A DNA stretch of 64,000 nucleotides from Bdellovibrionota bacterium (GCA_044345405.1 JBIJBE010000001.1:104165-168164), one strand, 5' to 3'. Positions 49,090 through 58,864 are shown, counted from the stretch's first letter. Made by a program: numbers and translations. Notes: generated by a model from the sequence alone, not told the origin.

Positions 49090-49353
49090 AGTTGCTTTCT
49101 GCGGGAACTAACAAACGGTTTCAGGGGGATACTAGTAGATAGACGGTCGTTCCAAAATGGATAAAAACCACCCTTAGCGAGCCTTGATTCCTGTGGATTT
49201 GGGAGGGCGGTCATGTGCCGTGCGCACTGAGGTAGGGCTTGTCTTCGACTATTCAATAGGTTGTCCATGTTGTTCGCATTTTTTTCGTTGGTAAGACTCA
49301 GGGAATCTACCAATCGTCATAATCTCTTCGGGTGTTTGGGGGCGGGGGGAGCC

Positions 49354-50724
49354 ATGGCCAGATTTGAACTCACTAAGCTAAACGTCGATCTGTCGCAACT
49401 CGTGCCATCGCACGGCGAAATGAATATCCTCGTCGAGGCGTTCAAGGATACCGTTCGCGATGCGACAGCCAGGCAGGATTCGGAGCTTCTTGGCTCGCTC
49501 TGCGGCGGTATCGGTGAAATCCGTTTGAGGGGAGTATGTCGACGTCTCTCTACGTCAGAGCGCGCCGAAATGATCGGTCTCCTTTTACCTGAAGTCGAGG
49601 ACAAGAGCTCTAAGGCTCAGGAGCTAATCTCGCGTCTGTGCGACACGGCGCCACATCTGGTGGCGTTGCAGCAGACCTTCGAGACGCTTGGATATGAACG
49701 ATTTCGGGAGGGGCCCTTAGCGAAGTGGTTTGGTGAACGAGCGGCCCTCGCTGAGGCGGTCGGAGAGGTCAGGGGCGTTGCGTTTCTGGACGAGGAAATT
49801 CGCACCCCGGAGGACGCCGATGCCGCTATTGCGCGGATTGATGAGGTCTTGCGGTATAACGCGACGGTCCTGGAGACCGACGAACGACTTGAACACGTAC
49901 CGATGGCGTTTAACTCCAAACTGTTGCTTGCCGCGTTTGAAGAGCAGCGGTGGGGGGTAGAGGATCCTGTGGAGTTCGCGCGAGCTTGGAACGAGCGGAT
50001 CAAGATTCACACGGCGACCGGGCTTGGGGTGTTCGACTCTGCTGACCTCGTCCTATCATCTAGAGAGTTGAGAGAGATTAGACAGGGGCTTGAACAGTTT
50101 CCCGCCTACGTACTTACCCTGGAAAACGTCGCTATTGGAATCAATTTTCGTTCCCCGCCCGCTGGCCGTGAGGGAGCGCTAGGCGGCTATGAAATGGGAA
50201 GGATATTCCTGTTTGACACCGTTCGAGACGCCCGTCCTGGCGTCGATTTTCCTGAGACGGAGACCGATCCGGTGATGTACGCTACGGTGCATGAGGTATC
50301 TCACACCGCCCAGACGGTAGGGATGATGGATTTTCAAAAGCTTTCGGGCTGGGTTCGGGTCTCTAACCTAACCTTTCGGGATCCAATCACTAATGCGTGT
50401 CATCGGATACGGCCAGAGGCGTTCGTGCCGGGTGAAAGCGTTGAAACGGAATCGGGGCGATACATCGTGAGCTTCCACGTAGAGCCCGAGACTATTCATT
50501 TCCCCTTGGGCGTCTCAATTAAGAACCCAGATAAGGCCGACGCGGAGGCAGGCTATCTCTACAGTGACGATGCGGAGTTCGTGAACTCGTACGCGGCTAT
50601 ATCTCCCGAGGAGGATTACGCTGAATCTCTAACAGCTTTCCTTCTTGACCGTGAAAAGCTCATGAGGCTCGCTCCGGAGAAGTATGAATTGATGAACTTC
50701 CTCTACGGAAAGATCTCGAAGTAA
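49354..50724 (+). CDS. Hypothetical protein with HExxH zinc-binding motif
   Basis: YATVHEVSHTAQ motif. No other recognisable domain. Start at ATG 49354 preceded by a G-rich SD. Confidence 0.45.
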   Translation: MARFELTKLNVDLSQLVPSHGEMNILVEAFKDTVRDATARQDSELLGSLCGGIGEIRLRGVCRRLSTSERAEMIGLLLPEVEDKSSKAQELISRLCDTAPHLVALQQTFETLGYERFREGPLAKWFGERAALAEAVGEVRGVAFLDEEIRTPEDADAAIARIDEVLRYNATVLETDERLEHVPMAFNSKLLLAAFEEQRWGVEDPVEFARAWNERIKIHTATGLGVFDSADLVLSSRELREIRQGLEQFPAYVLTLENVAIGINFRSPPAGREGALGGYEMGRIFLFDTVRDARPGVDFPETETDPVMYATVHEVSHTAQTVGMMDFQKLSGWVRVSNLTFRDPITNACHRIRPEAFVPGESVETESGRYIVSFHVEPETIHFPLGVSIKNPDKADAEAGYLYSDDAEFVNSYAAISPEEDYAESLTAFLLDREKLMRLAPEKYELMNFLYGKISK

Positions 50725-50821
50725 GGCTGGGGGTTTCCAAGGTGTTTTGGTTTCAGAGAGGTTGGAGCTACTCGGGCGAAATATGATGGCCGTTCCAGAT
50801 CGGCTTTGGTAGCCTCCGCTC

Positions 50822-51658
50822 ATGCAAACTAAACCGAGCGACGTTATCACCTATCTCCTTCCGTACATCGTTACCGCTGGCGCCTACAGCGCCGAGATTC
50901 AATCCCGGGTCGCTACTCGCGAGGCAAAGGGTGGTGACACGATATTTCATCACGCCCTTTCAGATGCGGACCTCTCGATTCAGGCTTTTCTTGAGGTTGT
51001 TCTCTTAGCTCGGTTTCCTGAGCTCTCTTATTTCTCAGAGGAGCAGGAGCAGTCTCTCAACAAGAAGTATTTCTCGGGTAGCTCTTCGATTGAGATCCTC
51101 CTCGATCCGATCGACGGCACCCGTCCGTATATCGACGGCAAGGAGTTTTACCAGATTATTGTGACCCTCCATGATGAGCGTGAGATCGTCGGTTCGATCT
51201 GCTACATGCCTCGGCGGAACAAGTGTTTCGTCGCTTCCAAAGGAGAGGGGGCGCACCTTCTTTCAAGGGAGGATATCGCCGCTGGTCGCACCGGCACTCG
51301 CTGCGATGTGACGACGGGAGATGGACCAGTTCTCCTTTTTAATTCGCCCGTCCTCCTGGAGAAGCTCTCCAAGACGATGGTCGCCAAGGATATCGCGACG
51401 GCGTACGTTGAGGAGCCGGGTACGTACCATTCAACGGACCTCCTTGAGGGCACCGCGTGCGCGGTGGTGCATCGCTCCTGTCAGGCGATTGATGGCGGGT
51501 CGCTTGCGTTTATCGCTCAAGAAGGTGGGGCGGTCGTTACGGATTTCGCCGGCGATCCCGTTGGAAGCTATCGAACATCCTCCACCCGGGTCCTCTCCTC
51601 TATCGTTGTTTCGGTTAATTCGGCTGTTCACGAGAAGGTCCTTGCCACCCTTCGCTAG
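50822..51658 (+). CDS. Inositol monophosphatase / CysQ family phosphatase
   Basis: FSEEQEQS metal-binding Glu, ILLDPIDGT motif, and C-terminal VVTDFAGDPV. Confidence 0.8.
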   Translation: MQTKPSDVITYLLPYIVTAGAYSAEIQSRVATREAKGGDTIFHHALSDADLSIQAFLEVVLLARFPELSYFSEEQEQSLNKKYFSGSSSIEILLDPIDGTRPYIDGKEFYQIIVTLHDEREIVGSICYMPRRNKCFVASKGEGAHLLSREDIAAGRTGTRCDVTTGDGPVLLFNSPVLLEKLSKTMVAKDIATAYVEEPGTYHSTDLLEGTACAVVHRSCQAIDGGSLAFIAQEGGAVVTDFAGDPVGSYRTSSTRVLSSIVVSVNSAVHEKVLATLR

Positions 51659-51828
51659 CTTGCTAGGTGGTTCTCGCACTCAAGTCGCAAAGAGTGCCTA
51701 GTTCGGAAGTCGGCTTCCCAACAACAAGATCGCGTTGGGTCTAAAGTCTTGGTTTCATCGCTGTCCTATCATTTGGCATGTCCATTGCCACGAAGGGGAG
51801 AGTTGCCTAGCGCATTGTCGATGGTGGT

Positions 51829-52212
51829 ATGTTTACGCACATCTGGTACATTACGAAGTTCCTCCAGGTATCCGCCGTGATAGGGGTTTCGGTCAGCTCG
51901 ATGATGGTGATTGGCCCTCGAATGAGTTCGCAACCTATGTCCAAATCGGCCCGCGCAACCGTTGAAAAGAGGGTGGTTCGCGCATTGCCGATAAAGCTCC
52001 CGCAGGGGCGACTCTACTGTGTGAACGGTGTGGTCATGCACGAACGCATGTATCCGCGCGGCTTTGAGCCTATCGCCGCGGCTGATGCTGTGGAGATAGC
52101 CACTACAATCGCCGATGAGGCGTGCGCTCGCTCCTTGCGATCAACGGAGTGCAAGGCTGCTCAAGGGGATCTCACCGCGTTGCGGAGATCGATGCGTTCC
52201 TGTCAGGGGTAG
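51829..52212 (+). CDS. Possible small hypothetical protein (4 Cys); weak call
   Basis: ORF with moderately GC3-rich codons. No homology recognised. Confidence 0.2.
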   Translation: MFTHIWYITKFLQVSAVIGVSVSSMMVIGPRMSSQPMSKSARATVEKRVVRALPIKLPQGRLYCVNGVVMHERMYPRGFEPIAAADAVEIATTIADEACARSLRSTECKAAQGDLTALRRSMRSCQG

Positions 52213-52294
52213 TGGTGATGGAACGGGGCGTCTCGTTCTTTAAGGCTAGAGTGCCCTAGGGATAGGGGGGGCGGTAGTTGGAAAGGCGCGTGTC

Positions 52295-52334
52295 ACATAA
52301 TAGAAAGCCCCGGCCACGATCGCTCGTGGCCGGG
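52295..52334 (-). terminator. Putative intrinsic terminator downstream of csp
   Basis: Perfect 11-bp stem ccccggccacg / cgtggccgggg with a 6-nt loop. The minus-strand 3' side is U-rich (uuucuauuau). Confidence 0.45.
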
Positions 52335-52366
52335 GCCAGTTAAAACTTACATCGTGCAAGTTCGAA

Positions 52367-52672
52367 CTATTCCGCGGAATCGGACTCAGTAACGGGAGTT
52401 GTCTCCTCGCCCTCAATCTCGGTGATCTCCTCAGAAGAACCATCGTCCTTCTTCGTACGGACCACCTTTGAAGCTTGAAGGCCCTTTGGACCCTCCTTCA
52501 ATTCATACTCCACAGTCTCCCCATCCTTGAGGGTTTTGAAACCATCGGATGAAATCACCGAGTAGTGTACAAACACATCCCGACCACTCGTGTGTTGAAT
52601 GAAGCCAAACCCTTTGGCGTCATTAAACCACTTCACTACTCCCTTAAGGATCCCGGACTCAGACTCAGACAT
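52367..52672 (-). CDS. Cold-shock protein (CspA family) with acidic C-terminal tail
   Basis: GVVKWFNDAKGFGFI RNP1-like and VFVHYS RNP2-like motifs, then a ~30 aa D/E/T-rich extension. Confidence 0.85.
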   Translation of the reverse strand: MSESESGILKGVVKWFNDAKGFGFIQHTSGRDVFVHYSVISSDGFKTLKDGETVEYELKEGPKGLQASKVVRTKKDDGSSEEITEIEGEETTPVTESDSAE

Positions 52673-52751
52673 AACAACTGACTCCCCGTTAAAAAAACTT
52701 ACGGTTGATAAAACCTACCACATTCGTTTCAGGTTACAAGCCTAACTACAT

Positions 52752-52770
52752 TGAGGTGATCATCACCTCA
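52752..52770. promoter_or_regulatory. Perfect 19-bp palindrome tgaggtgatcatcacctca 80 bp upstream of the csp start
   Basis: 9-1-9 perfect dyad seen in sequence, within the 550-bp csp / histidine kinase divergent intergenic region. Confidence 0.35.
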
Positions 52771-53220
52771 GCAATTGAGATTCGTACGGCTGGCAAAGGG
52801 ATCCAACTTTTTCTCCGCGGTGGAGGAGAGGGCGAAAAGAGCCCCAAAATCAGGTGTTTTTCAAGGAATAGGCCCCCCTCGCACGTCTCCCGTCTCAGGC
52901 CACCAGCGAAGATTGAGCTCCATTCCTGGAAAAAACACCTGTCGTTGAGGGGGGAGTGGTACTCAATGCCGCGCCATGCAAATGCTCTAAATAGGTAGTG
53001 TTTCTAGTTTGTTAGAGGCCGGTCTGGTTGGCGGGGTACCCCACAACTCTCCGGAAGAGAGTCCGTTGATAAGAGAGTGCCCAACCACGTATAGTGGGAG
53101 CCACTGAGCGACGCCCAAAAGGTGAATCAGCTCGGTAGTTTGCTCGCCCTCCGCGTGTGGTTGGAGGTGCGACCCTCGTGTACGTCCCCGGTGTATTCCG
53201 CTCGGTAGTCCAGTCGAAAC

Positions 53221-54678
53221 ATGTCCGATACCTTCGCTCACGCCATTCTTGAAAACCTCCCCGAGCCGCACTGCGTGGTGTCAACGGATCTCACCTGTAT
53301 GGGCGCTAATACGAGCTTCGCCACCCTGTTGGGGATAGAGCTTTCAGAGCTTGTTGGTTCGCATGCCTCGCTGTTTTGGCCGGAGGTCGAACGGATTCCC
53401 TGGAGTAATCGGGAGTTCTCAACGGAGTTTAAGCCCGCCGGTCGTGGCCCGCTCTTGGTTCGGATTGCGACCTTCGAGGGGGATGTGCTCCTCGTTCGGA
53501 TCCTCTCCACATTTTCAGAGGACCGGGCCGGAGAGGTCTTTCACGGACAACGACTTGAGACCTTGGGGCTTCTGGCCGGAGGGGTGGCGCACGATTTTAA
53601 CAACCTGTTGACCGGAATCCTCGGACACCTCGCGTATGCGCGAAGCGTTATGCCTGGAGAGGGTAATCACGTTGAATCCCTCGCCGCGATAGAGGAGGGT
53701 GCGCTCCGAGCCGCGTCCCTCACGCAGCAGATCCTACGGTTCTCTCGCATCGATGGGGGAGAGCTCTCCACGAAGATCGATGTTGTTGATGTTATTTCGC
53801 GCATCTCTACCCTCATCAAGAGCGCGATCCCCTCTGAGATTCGACTGGCGTGGACCCCTCTGAGCAATCCGCTCTGTGTGATGGCGTCCGAAGCCTACCT
53901 CAGTCAGGTTATTATCAATCTTATCGTGAACGCTCGTGACGCAATCAAAGGCAGGGGCACTATCGAGGTATCGGTAGATCGGCTGTGTAGCTCGGATGAG
54001 GTACGCGAACTGTTCGGCGAGGAACCACCGGCCGCCACCTATTCGGCGCTCGTTGTGAAGGATACGGGTGAGGGGATGGATGAGGAGGTGAAAGAGCGCC
54101 TCTTTGAGCCGTACTTCACCACCAAGAAGGAAGGGGGGACTGGGTTAGGGCTCAGCACCGTAAATTCTATCGTGAAACAGCTCGGCGGCGCGATCGTCGT
54201 GCGGTCGGAGAAGCACAAAGGGACGGAGTTTCGAATCGTTCTTCCCTCCGTGACGGATGAGTCTCGCGAATCGCAAGGGGATACTGAGTCGACGGGTCCT
54301 GTGCGTGGCCGTGGCGAGCGCGTTCTCATTATCGATGACGAGTACGCCGTGCGTAACGTGCTAGGGTTAAGTCTCACCCATCTCGGGTACGAGGTGATGA
54401 CAGCTTCCTCCGGCTTGGAGGGGCTTGAGATATACGCTGAGGAGCGAGGGACCTTCGACCTCGTGATCCTTGATATCCTCATGCCCGGACTGTCGGGAGA
54501 GGATGTCTTCGTTCGTTTGCAAAAGATGAATGCCGATGTTCGCGTGCTGCTCGTGAGTGGGTTTAGTTCAGGTGATGTCGTCGCTCGGATCCTCAGTAGT
54601 GGAGGGAGAGACTTTATTCAGAAGCCGTTCCTGATAGATGTTTTATCAAGAAAAGTTCGAGGGTGTTTGTGTGATTAA
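53221..54678 (+). CDS. Hybrid sensor histidine kinase / response regulator (PAS-HisKA-HATPase-REC)
   Basis: H-box HDFNNLLTGILG, N/G boxes (NLIVNARDA, DTGEGMDEEV, GTGLGLS), then receiver RVLIIDDEY...DLVILDILMPG. Confidence 0.8.
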   Translation: MSDTFAHAILENLPEPHCVVSTDLTCMGANTSFATLLGIELSELVGSHASLFWPEVERIPWSNREFSTEFKPAGRGPLLVRIATFEGDVLLVRILSTFSEDRAGEVFHGQRLETLGLLAGGVAHDFNNLLTGILGHLAYARSVMPGEGNHVESLAAIEEGALRAASLTQQILRFSRIDGGELSTKIDVVDVISRISTLIKSAIPSEIRLAWTPLSNPLCVMASEAYLSQVIINLIVNARDAIKGRGTIEVSVDRLCSSDEVRELFGEEPPAATYSALVVKDTGEGMDEEVKERLFEPYFTTKKEGGTGLGLSTVNSIVKQLGGAIVVRSEKHKGTEFRIVLPSVTDESRESQGDTESTGPVRGRGERVLIIDDEYAVRNVLGLSLTHLGYEVMTASSGLEGLEIYAEERGTFDLVILDILMPGLSGEDVFVRLQKMNADVRVLLVSGFSSGDVVARILSSGGRDFIQKPFLIDVLSRKVRGCLCD

Positions 54679-55699
54679 GTCGTATCAGATCCGCCATATC
54701 CAAGTGAATCCAGGGCTCGTGCTCTCGCCGATGAGCGGCGTGACCACTCGCCCGTTCCGTCGCCTAATCAAGGAGCTCAATCCGGGAGCGGTAGGTCTCG
54801 TCGTGAGTGAGTTCGTGTCAGTTGAGGGAATGACCCGAGGTTCGCAACGAACCATGGAGATGATGAAGTTCTCGGAAGAGGAACGCCCCTACTGCGTGCA
54901 GATCTTCGGATATGATGTTGATCGTATGCGTGACGCCGCCTTGATGGTGCAGGATATCGGGGCTGATCTGGTCGATATTAATTGCGGATGTCCAGCCCCG
55001 AAGGTCGTGAAGCGTGGCGGTGGGTGCGAACTCATGCGACAACCGGATCATCTGCAAAAGATTATTAAAGAGGTTAAGAGCGCGATATCGATTCCTTTGA
55101 CGATCAAAATTCGCGCTGGATGGGACGAGGATTCTCGCAACGCTCTTGAGATCGCGAAGATGGCGGAAGGTGAGGGGGTTGAGGCGCTCGCCATTCACGG
55201 GCGGACCCGCTCTCAGTTGTACCGCGGTGAGGCCGATTGGGACCTCGTGCAGGAGATCGCGGAGCGGGTATCGATACCGGTGCTTGGAAGTGGTGATGTG
55301 GTATGTCGCAAGACCGCCGAGGCTCGATTGAAGGGAAAGGTCGCCGGGCTCTTTATCGGCCGGGCTAGTATGATGAATCCATTCGTATTCACTGAGATTT
55401 TGAACGACGAGCCCTCGAGATTGAAGGGGAATTACGCGCTCATGATCGATGTGCTCTTTCGCTATATCGAGCTTTTAAGGGAAGATTTCCAAGAGAGCTC
55501 GTGCGGGGGGAAATTTAAGCAGCTTGCCTCGCAGATGTGTCGAGGCGCGCCGTGGAGGAAGCAGCTCCTGCAGTTGAACGCTCTGAAAGATCACGAGGCG
55601 CTCCTGCTTGCGGTGCGTGAGGGGCGATGGCGTCCCGCGGCCGTTCAGGTTGAAGAAACGGACACGACCGACGTCTCGTGTGATATGTTCTCCGCGTAG
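54638..55699 (+). CDS. dus: tRNA-dihydrouridine synthase (DusB-like)
   Basis: VLSPMSGVTTRPFRRL and catalytic DINCGCPAPKV. The start may be the downstream GTG 54671, because 54638 overlaps the kinase gene by 41 bp. Confidence 0.75.
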   Translation: MFYQEKFEGVCVIKSYQIRHIQVNPGLVLSPMSGVTTRPFRRLIKELNPGAVGLVVSEFVSVEGMTRGSQRTMEMMKFSEEERPYCVQIFGYDVDRMRDAALMVQDIGADLVDINCGCPAPKVVKRGGGCELMRQPDHLQKIIKEVKSAISIPLTIKIRAGWDEDSRNALEIAKMAEGEGVEALAIHGRTRSQLYRGEADWDLVQEIAERVSIPVLGSGDVVCRKTAEARLKGKVAGLFIGRASMMNPFVFTEILNDEPSRLKGNYALMIDVLFRYIELLREDFQESSCGGKFKQLASQMCRGAPWRKQLLQLNALKDHEALLLAVREGRWRPAAVQVEETDTTDVSCDMFSA

Positions 55700-55725
55700 G
55701 GTGGGGAGAGGAAAGAAAGTATTTC

Positions 55726-56478
55726 GTGTTACGTGTAAATGATATCTATCGAAGCTTCGGTGAACGCCCTGTATTGCAGGGGGTTAGCTTCGCGTTGAAG
55801 CCCGCCTCTATTAACGGGCTGGTCGGTCCCAGTGGCGGTGGAAAGAGCGTTTTGCTCAAGATTATCGCCCATACCTGCAAGTGTGAGTACGGGTCCGTCA
55901 TCTTCGATAAAGGCGCCTCCCTGGCTGACGTCGGATTGATGTTTCAGGAGGGCGCGCTCTTCGATTCGATGACGGTGTATGACAACGTCGCGTTCCCTCT
56001 GGTTGGGGGCAAGGTGCCAACGACCTCGTTGCCAAAGGAGGTTCGAGAGGAGGTGTGCGAGAAGGTCGGGAGTATCCTCGCTCGCGTGGGGTTGGTGAAG
56101 GCCGCCTCGAAGATGCCGGGACAATTAAGTGGGGGCATGCGACGACGTGTTTCCCTTGCTCGAGCGCTCGTTGGACGCCCCCGAATACTTCTCCTTGATG
56201 ATCCGACCAGTGGGCTCGATCCGGTGGCGAGTAGCGTCATCATGGACCTTATCGTTGAGCTTCATAAGGAGTATCAACCCACGACGGTGATGGTCAGTCA
56301 CGACCTCCGCCGTCTTCTCCCTTGCGTTGATAGAGTTCTCGCCCTTTTCGATGGCACGATAGCGTTCGATGGCTCAGTTGATGAGCTTGCGCAATCGGCC
56401 CCTGTTTTTGTTCGTAGTTTTGTCTCCTGTCGGTATGAGCTTCCCGCGCCCACAGCTGAGCCGACCGTAATGGAGTAA
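55726..56478 (+). CDS. ABC transporter ATP-binding protein (no adjacent permease)
   Basis: Walker A GPSGGGKS, signature LSGGMRRRVSLARAL, Walker B LLLDDPTSGLD, H-loop SHD. Confidence 0.8.
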   Translation: MLRVNDIYRSFGERPVLQGVSFALKPASINGLVGPSGGGKSVLLKIIAHTCKCEYGSVIFDKGASLADVGLMFQEGALFDSMTVYDNVAFPLVGGKVPTTSLPKEVREEVCEKVGSILARVGLVKAASKMPGQLSGGMRRRVSLARALVGRPRILLLDDPTSGLDPVASSVIMDLIVELHKEYQPTTVMVSHDLRRLLPCVDRVLALFDGTIAFDGSVDELAQSAPVFVRSFVSCRYELPAPTAEPTVME

Positions 56479-56484
56479 GTGTAC

Positions 56485-57357
56485 ATGAAGAGATCGATGT
56501 TAAAAGATAGCGCCATTGAGGAGTCGCGACAGCGGTTCCTCTCTGGAATCGGGGTTCCCAAGAAGGAGGAGTTCATCGTTGATGAGTTCCAGAGGCAAGC
56601 TATTGATAACCTCGCCAACGGGATCGATACCTTGGTGGTCGCTCCGACCGGGTCGGGGAAGACCTTTATCGCGATCGAGTCGATGAGGCGACTGATAAAG
56701 CAGGGGCAGCACGCGTGTTATACGACCCCACTCAAGGCGTTGTCGAACACGAAGTACAGCGAATTTCAGCGCATCTTCGCCCCCGATCACACGGTGGGAC
56801 TCCTGACTGGGGATCGAAAGATTGAAGGGGACTCCGATGTCGTAATCGCCACAACGGAGATCTACCGTAACGAATTGTACAAGGGCTCCGGTCGGTACTC
56901 GCTCGTGATTCTCGATGAGGTTCACTACATAGCGGACCCGCAGCGTGGGGCGGTGTGGGAGGAGAGTATCATCCTTACCCCTCACTCGACGACCCTGTTG
57001 ATGCTCTCGGCTTCAATCTCAAACGCGGAGGAGATCGCCGCCTGGATTGAGGAGACCCGGAACAAAGAGTGCCGAATCGTAATGAAGAAGGATCGTCCGG
57101 TGGAGCTTCGCTACGGATTTATGCACCCTAAATTTGGCGTTATTCCTCTCGCCGATGAGAAGGGGCATCTTTCGCCCGAGGTCGCGCATTTCTACGGGTC
57201 CATGTCGCTCGATGAGACGGGAACCCGAATGAAGGGGCGCTTCGATCGCAACGGAGGTGGCGACGAACGGGGCGGTCGCAGAGGTGGCGGCCGGCGCGGA
57301 GGCGGTGGCGAGCAACGTGGCCAAGACGGTCGTGGTCGTGGTAGGAGGAGGCGGTAA
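56485..57357 (+). CDS. Ski2/HelY-like DExH helicase, N-terminal half (RecA1) with RGG-rich C-terminal tail
   Basis: Q-motif FQRQA, motif I APTGSGKT, PLKALSNTKY, motif II LDEVHY, motif III LSAS. Tail GGGDERGGRRGGGRRGGGGEQRGQDGRGRGRRRR. The stop overlaps the next ATG. Confidence 0.7.
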   Translation: MKRSMLKDSAIEESRQRFLSGIGVPKKEEFIVDEFQRQAIDNLANGIDTLVVAPTGSGKTFIAIESMRRLIKQGQHACYTTPLKALSNTKYSEFQRIFAPDHTVGLLTGDRKIEGDSDVVIATTEIYRNELYKGSGRYSLVILDEVHYIADPQRGAVWEESIILTPHSTTLLMLSASISNAEEIAAWIEETRNKECRIVMKKDRPVELRYGFMHPKFGVIPLADEKGHLSPEVAHFYGSMSLDETGTRMKGRFDRNGGGDERGGRRGGGRRGGGGEQRGQDGRGRGRRRR

Positions 57358-58775
57358 TGTTGTACGCTGATTTCCCTGTCTCCACTATCCTTCGAGAGCT
57401 TGAGCGCGATGAGTTGCTCCCGGCTATCCTTTTCCGCACCGCGCGCAAGCAGTGTGATGCCGATGTCGAAACCCTCGCGCGTAATCCTCAGGCCGTCCTC
57501 CCTATTCAACGGCAGCAACAAATTGAGGCTGAGGTTCAAGCGGTCATAACGAAGTACAACTTCGATCCTGAGTTCATAACCGGGTACCCGCAGTATCAGG
57601 CGCTCGTTAAGACCGGCGTTGGCGCGCATCACGCGGGACAGCTCCTCATTTGGCGATTGCTTCTTGAGGAACTTATGTCGCGAAGCATGTTGCGTCTCAT
57701 GATCGCCACGGGAACGGTCGCGGCTGGTGTGGATTTCCCGGCTCGTACCGTTGTAGTGACGGCGCACTCGCGACGCGGCTCGGAAGGTTTCAGTGTCTTG
57801 TCGTCTTCGGAGTTTCAACAGATGGCTGGTCGCGCCGGTCGTCGCGGCAAGGACGCCGTTGGCGTATGCATCATCACGCCGAGCAAGTTCTCTGACGCCC
57901 GCGTACTCCTTGAGGTTTCGAAGCGGCCCCCAGAGCCGTTGCGATCCTCATACTTCGCGTCACCTTCAACGGTATTGAACCTCCTAAGGTATCGAAACGT
58001 TGACGACCTTCAGTTCACCGTTGAGCGGAGTCTCGCCGCGTTCCTCGATCGAAAGAACTCGAGTCGACTGCGAGAGGAGGCTATTACCGAACAGCAGAAC
58101 GTGGAGAGCGATAGGGGGCTCACCGGCGAAAAACGCAAGAAAGCTGAGAAGCGGGTTCGTCGTAAGCTGCGTGAGGCAGATGAGCTTGAGCAGAAGCAGG
58201 AGACCTCATTAACGCAATCACTCGATGGTTTGCGGGCCCTTGGCTATGTGGAGGGTGGAAGTCTCACGGAGAAAGGGTACTGGGCGGCAGAGTTGTGTAC
58301 GAGCCTCGTGCTTGAGCTTGGGGAGGCGATCTCCGACAAGCTCTTCGACGACTGCGCGCTCTTTGAGTTGGTTGGCCTCGTAGCGAGTATCGCGGGGGAT
58401 CCCCACCGTCCGTACTTTAGGCTTAAGGCAAATCCGATCAAGCAGGAGCTCTTTGAGCAGATGTCTCACATCGTTGAACGGGTGAAGGCGAAGTACCAGG
58501 GCCCGGGAAGCGCTGATGTTATGGTACTCCCAGACGCGGCGTTGACGGTGATTACGTGGATGGACTCCGAGACGTGGCAAGAGTTCTCAGGCTTCTTGCG
58601 GCTCTCAGGGGTCGCCGACGGCGATGTCGCTCGGCTGGTGAGTCAGACGGCCGACCACTTGAATCAGCTCACCCGACTGGAGAAGACCCATCCCACGTTA
58701 GCGCAAGCCGCGAAGGTGGGAAGATCTCGGCTTCTGCGACCACCATTCTCTGAGGCTTTAGTAGCTTCGACGTAA
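57357..58775 (+). CDS. Ski2/HelY-like helicase, C-terminal half (RecA2 + helical domain)
   Basis: LPAILFRTARKQCD, HHAGQL, motif V TGTVAAGVDFPA, motif VI QMAGRAGRRG. AGGAGGAGG SD sits 5 nt upstream of its ATG. Confidence 0.7.
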   Translation: MLYADFPVSTILRELERDELLPAILFRTARKQCDADVETLARNPQAVLPIQRQQQIEAEVQAVITKYNFDPEFITGYPQYQALVKTGVGAHHAGQLLIWRLLLEELMSRSMLRLMIATGTVAAGVDFPARTVVVTAHSRRGSEGFSVLSSSEFQQMAGRAGRRGKDAVGVCIITPSKFSDARVLLEVSKRPPEPLRSSYFASPSTVLNLLRYRNVDDLQFTVERSLAAFLDRKNSSRLREEAITEQQNVESDRGLTGEKRKKAEKRVRRKLREADELEQKQETSLTQSLDGLRALGYVEGGSLTEKGYWAAELCTSLVLELGEAISDKLFDDCALFELVGLVASIAGDPHRPYFRLKANPIKQELFEQMSHIVERVKAKYQGPGSADVMVLPDAALTVITWMDSETWQEFSGFLRLSGVADGDVARLVSQTADHLNQLTRLEKTHPTLAQAAKVGRSRLLRPPFSEALVAST

Positions 58776-58834
58776 GGGGTAACCGCTACCTGCGTCCACC
58801 TCGACTACTAAAAACGCGCATCAGTGACCGGTTT

Positions 58835-58864
58835 CTGGAAAACCAGAAACGGTTGCGAGGTGTA
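58835..58864 (+). promoter_or_regulatory. 12-13 bp stem hairpin (gaccggtttctgg aaaa ccagaaaccggtt) between the helicase and etfB
   Basis: Near-perfect inverted repeat. There is no T-tract after it on the plus strand. Confidence 0.3.

Noticed and set aside
57340-57360. Interpretation of the split helicase as a simple frameshift pseudogene
   Set aside because: The downstream frame has a TAG three codons before its ATG, and that ATG is preceded by a perfect AGGAGGAGG SD at ideal spacing. This favours a functional two-cistron arrangement, though slippage in the GC-rich repeat cannot be excluded.
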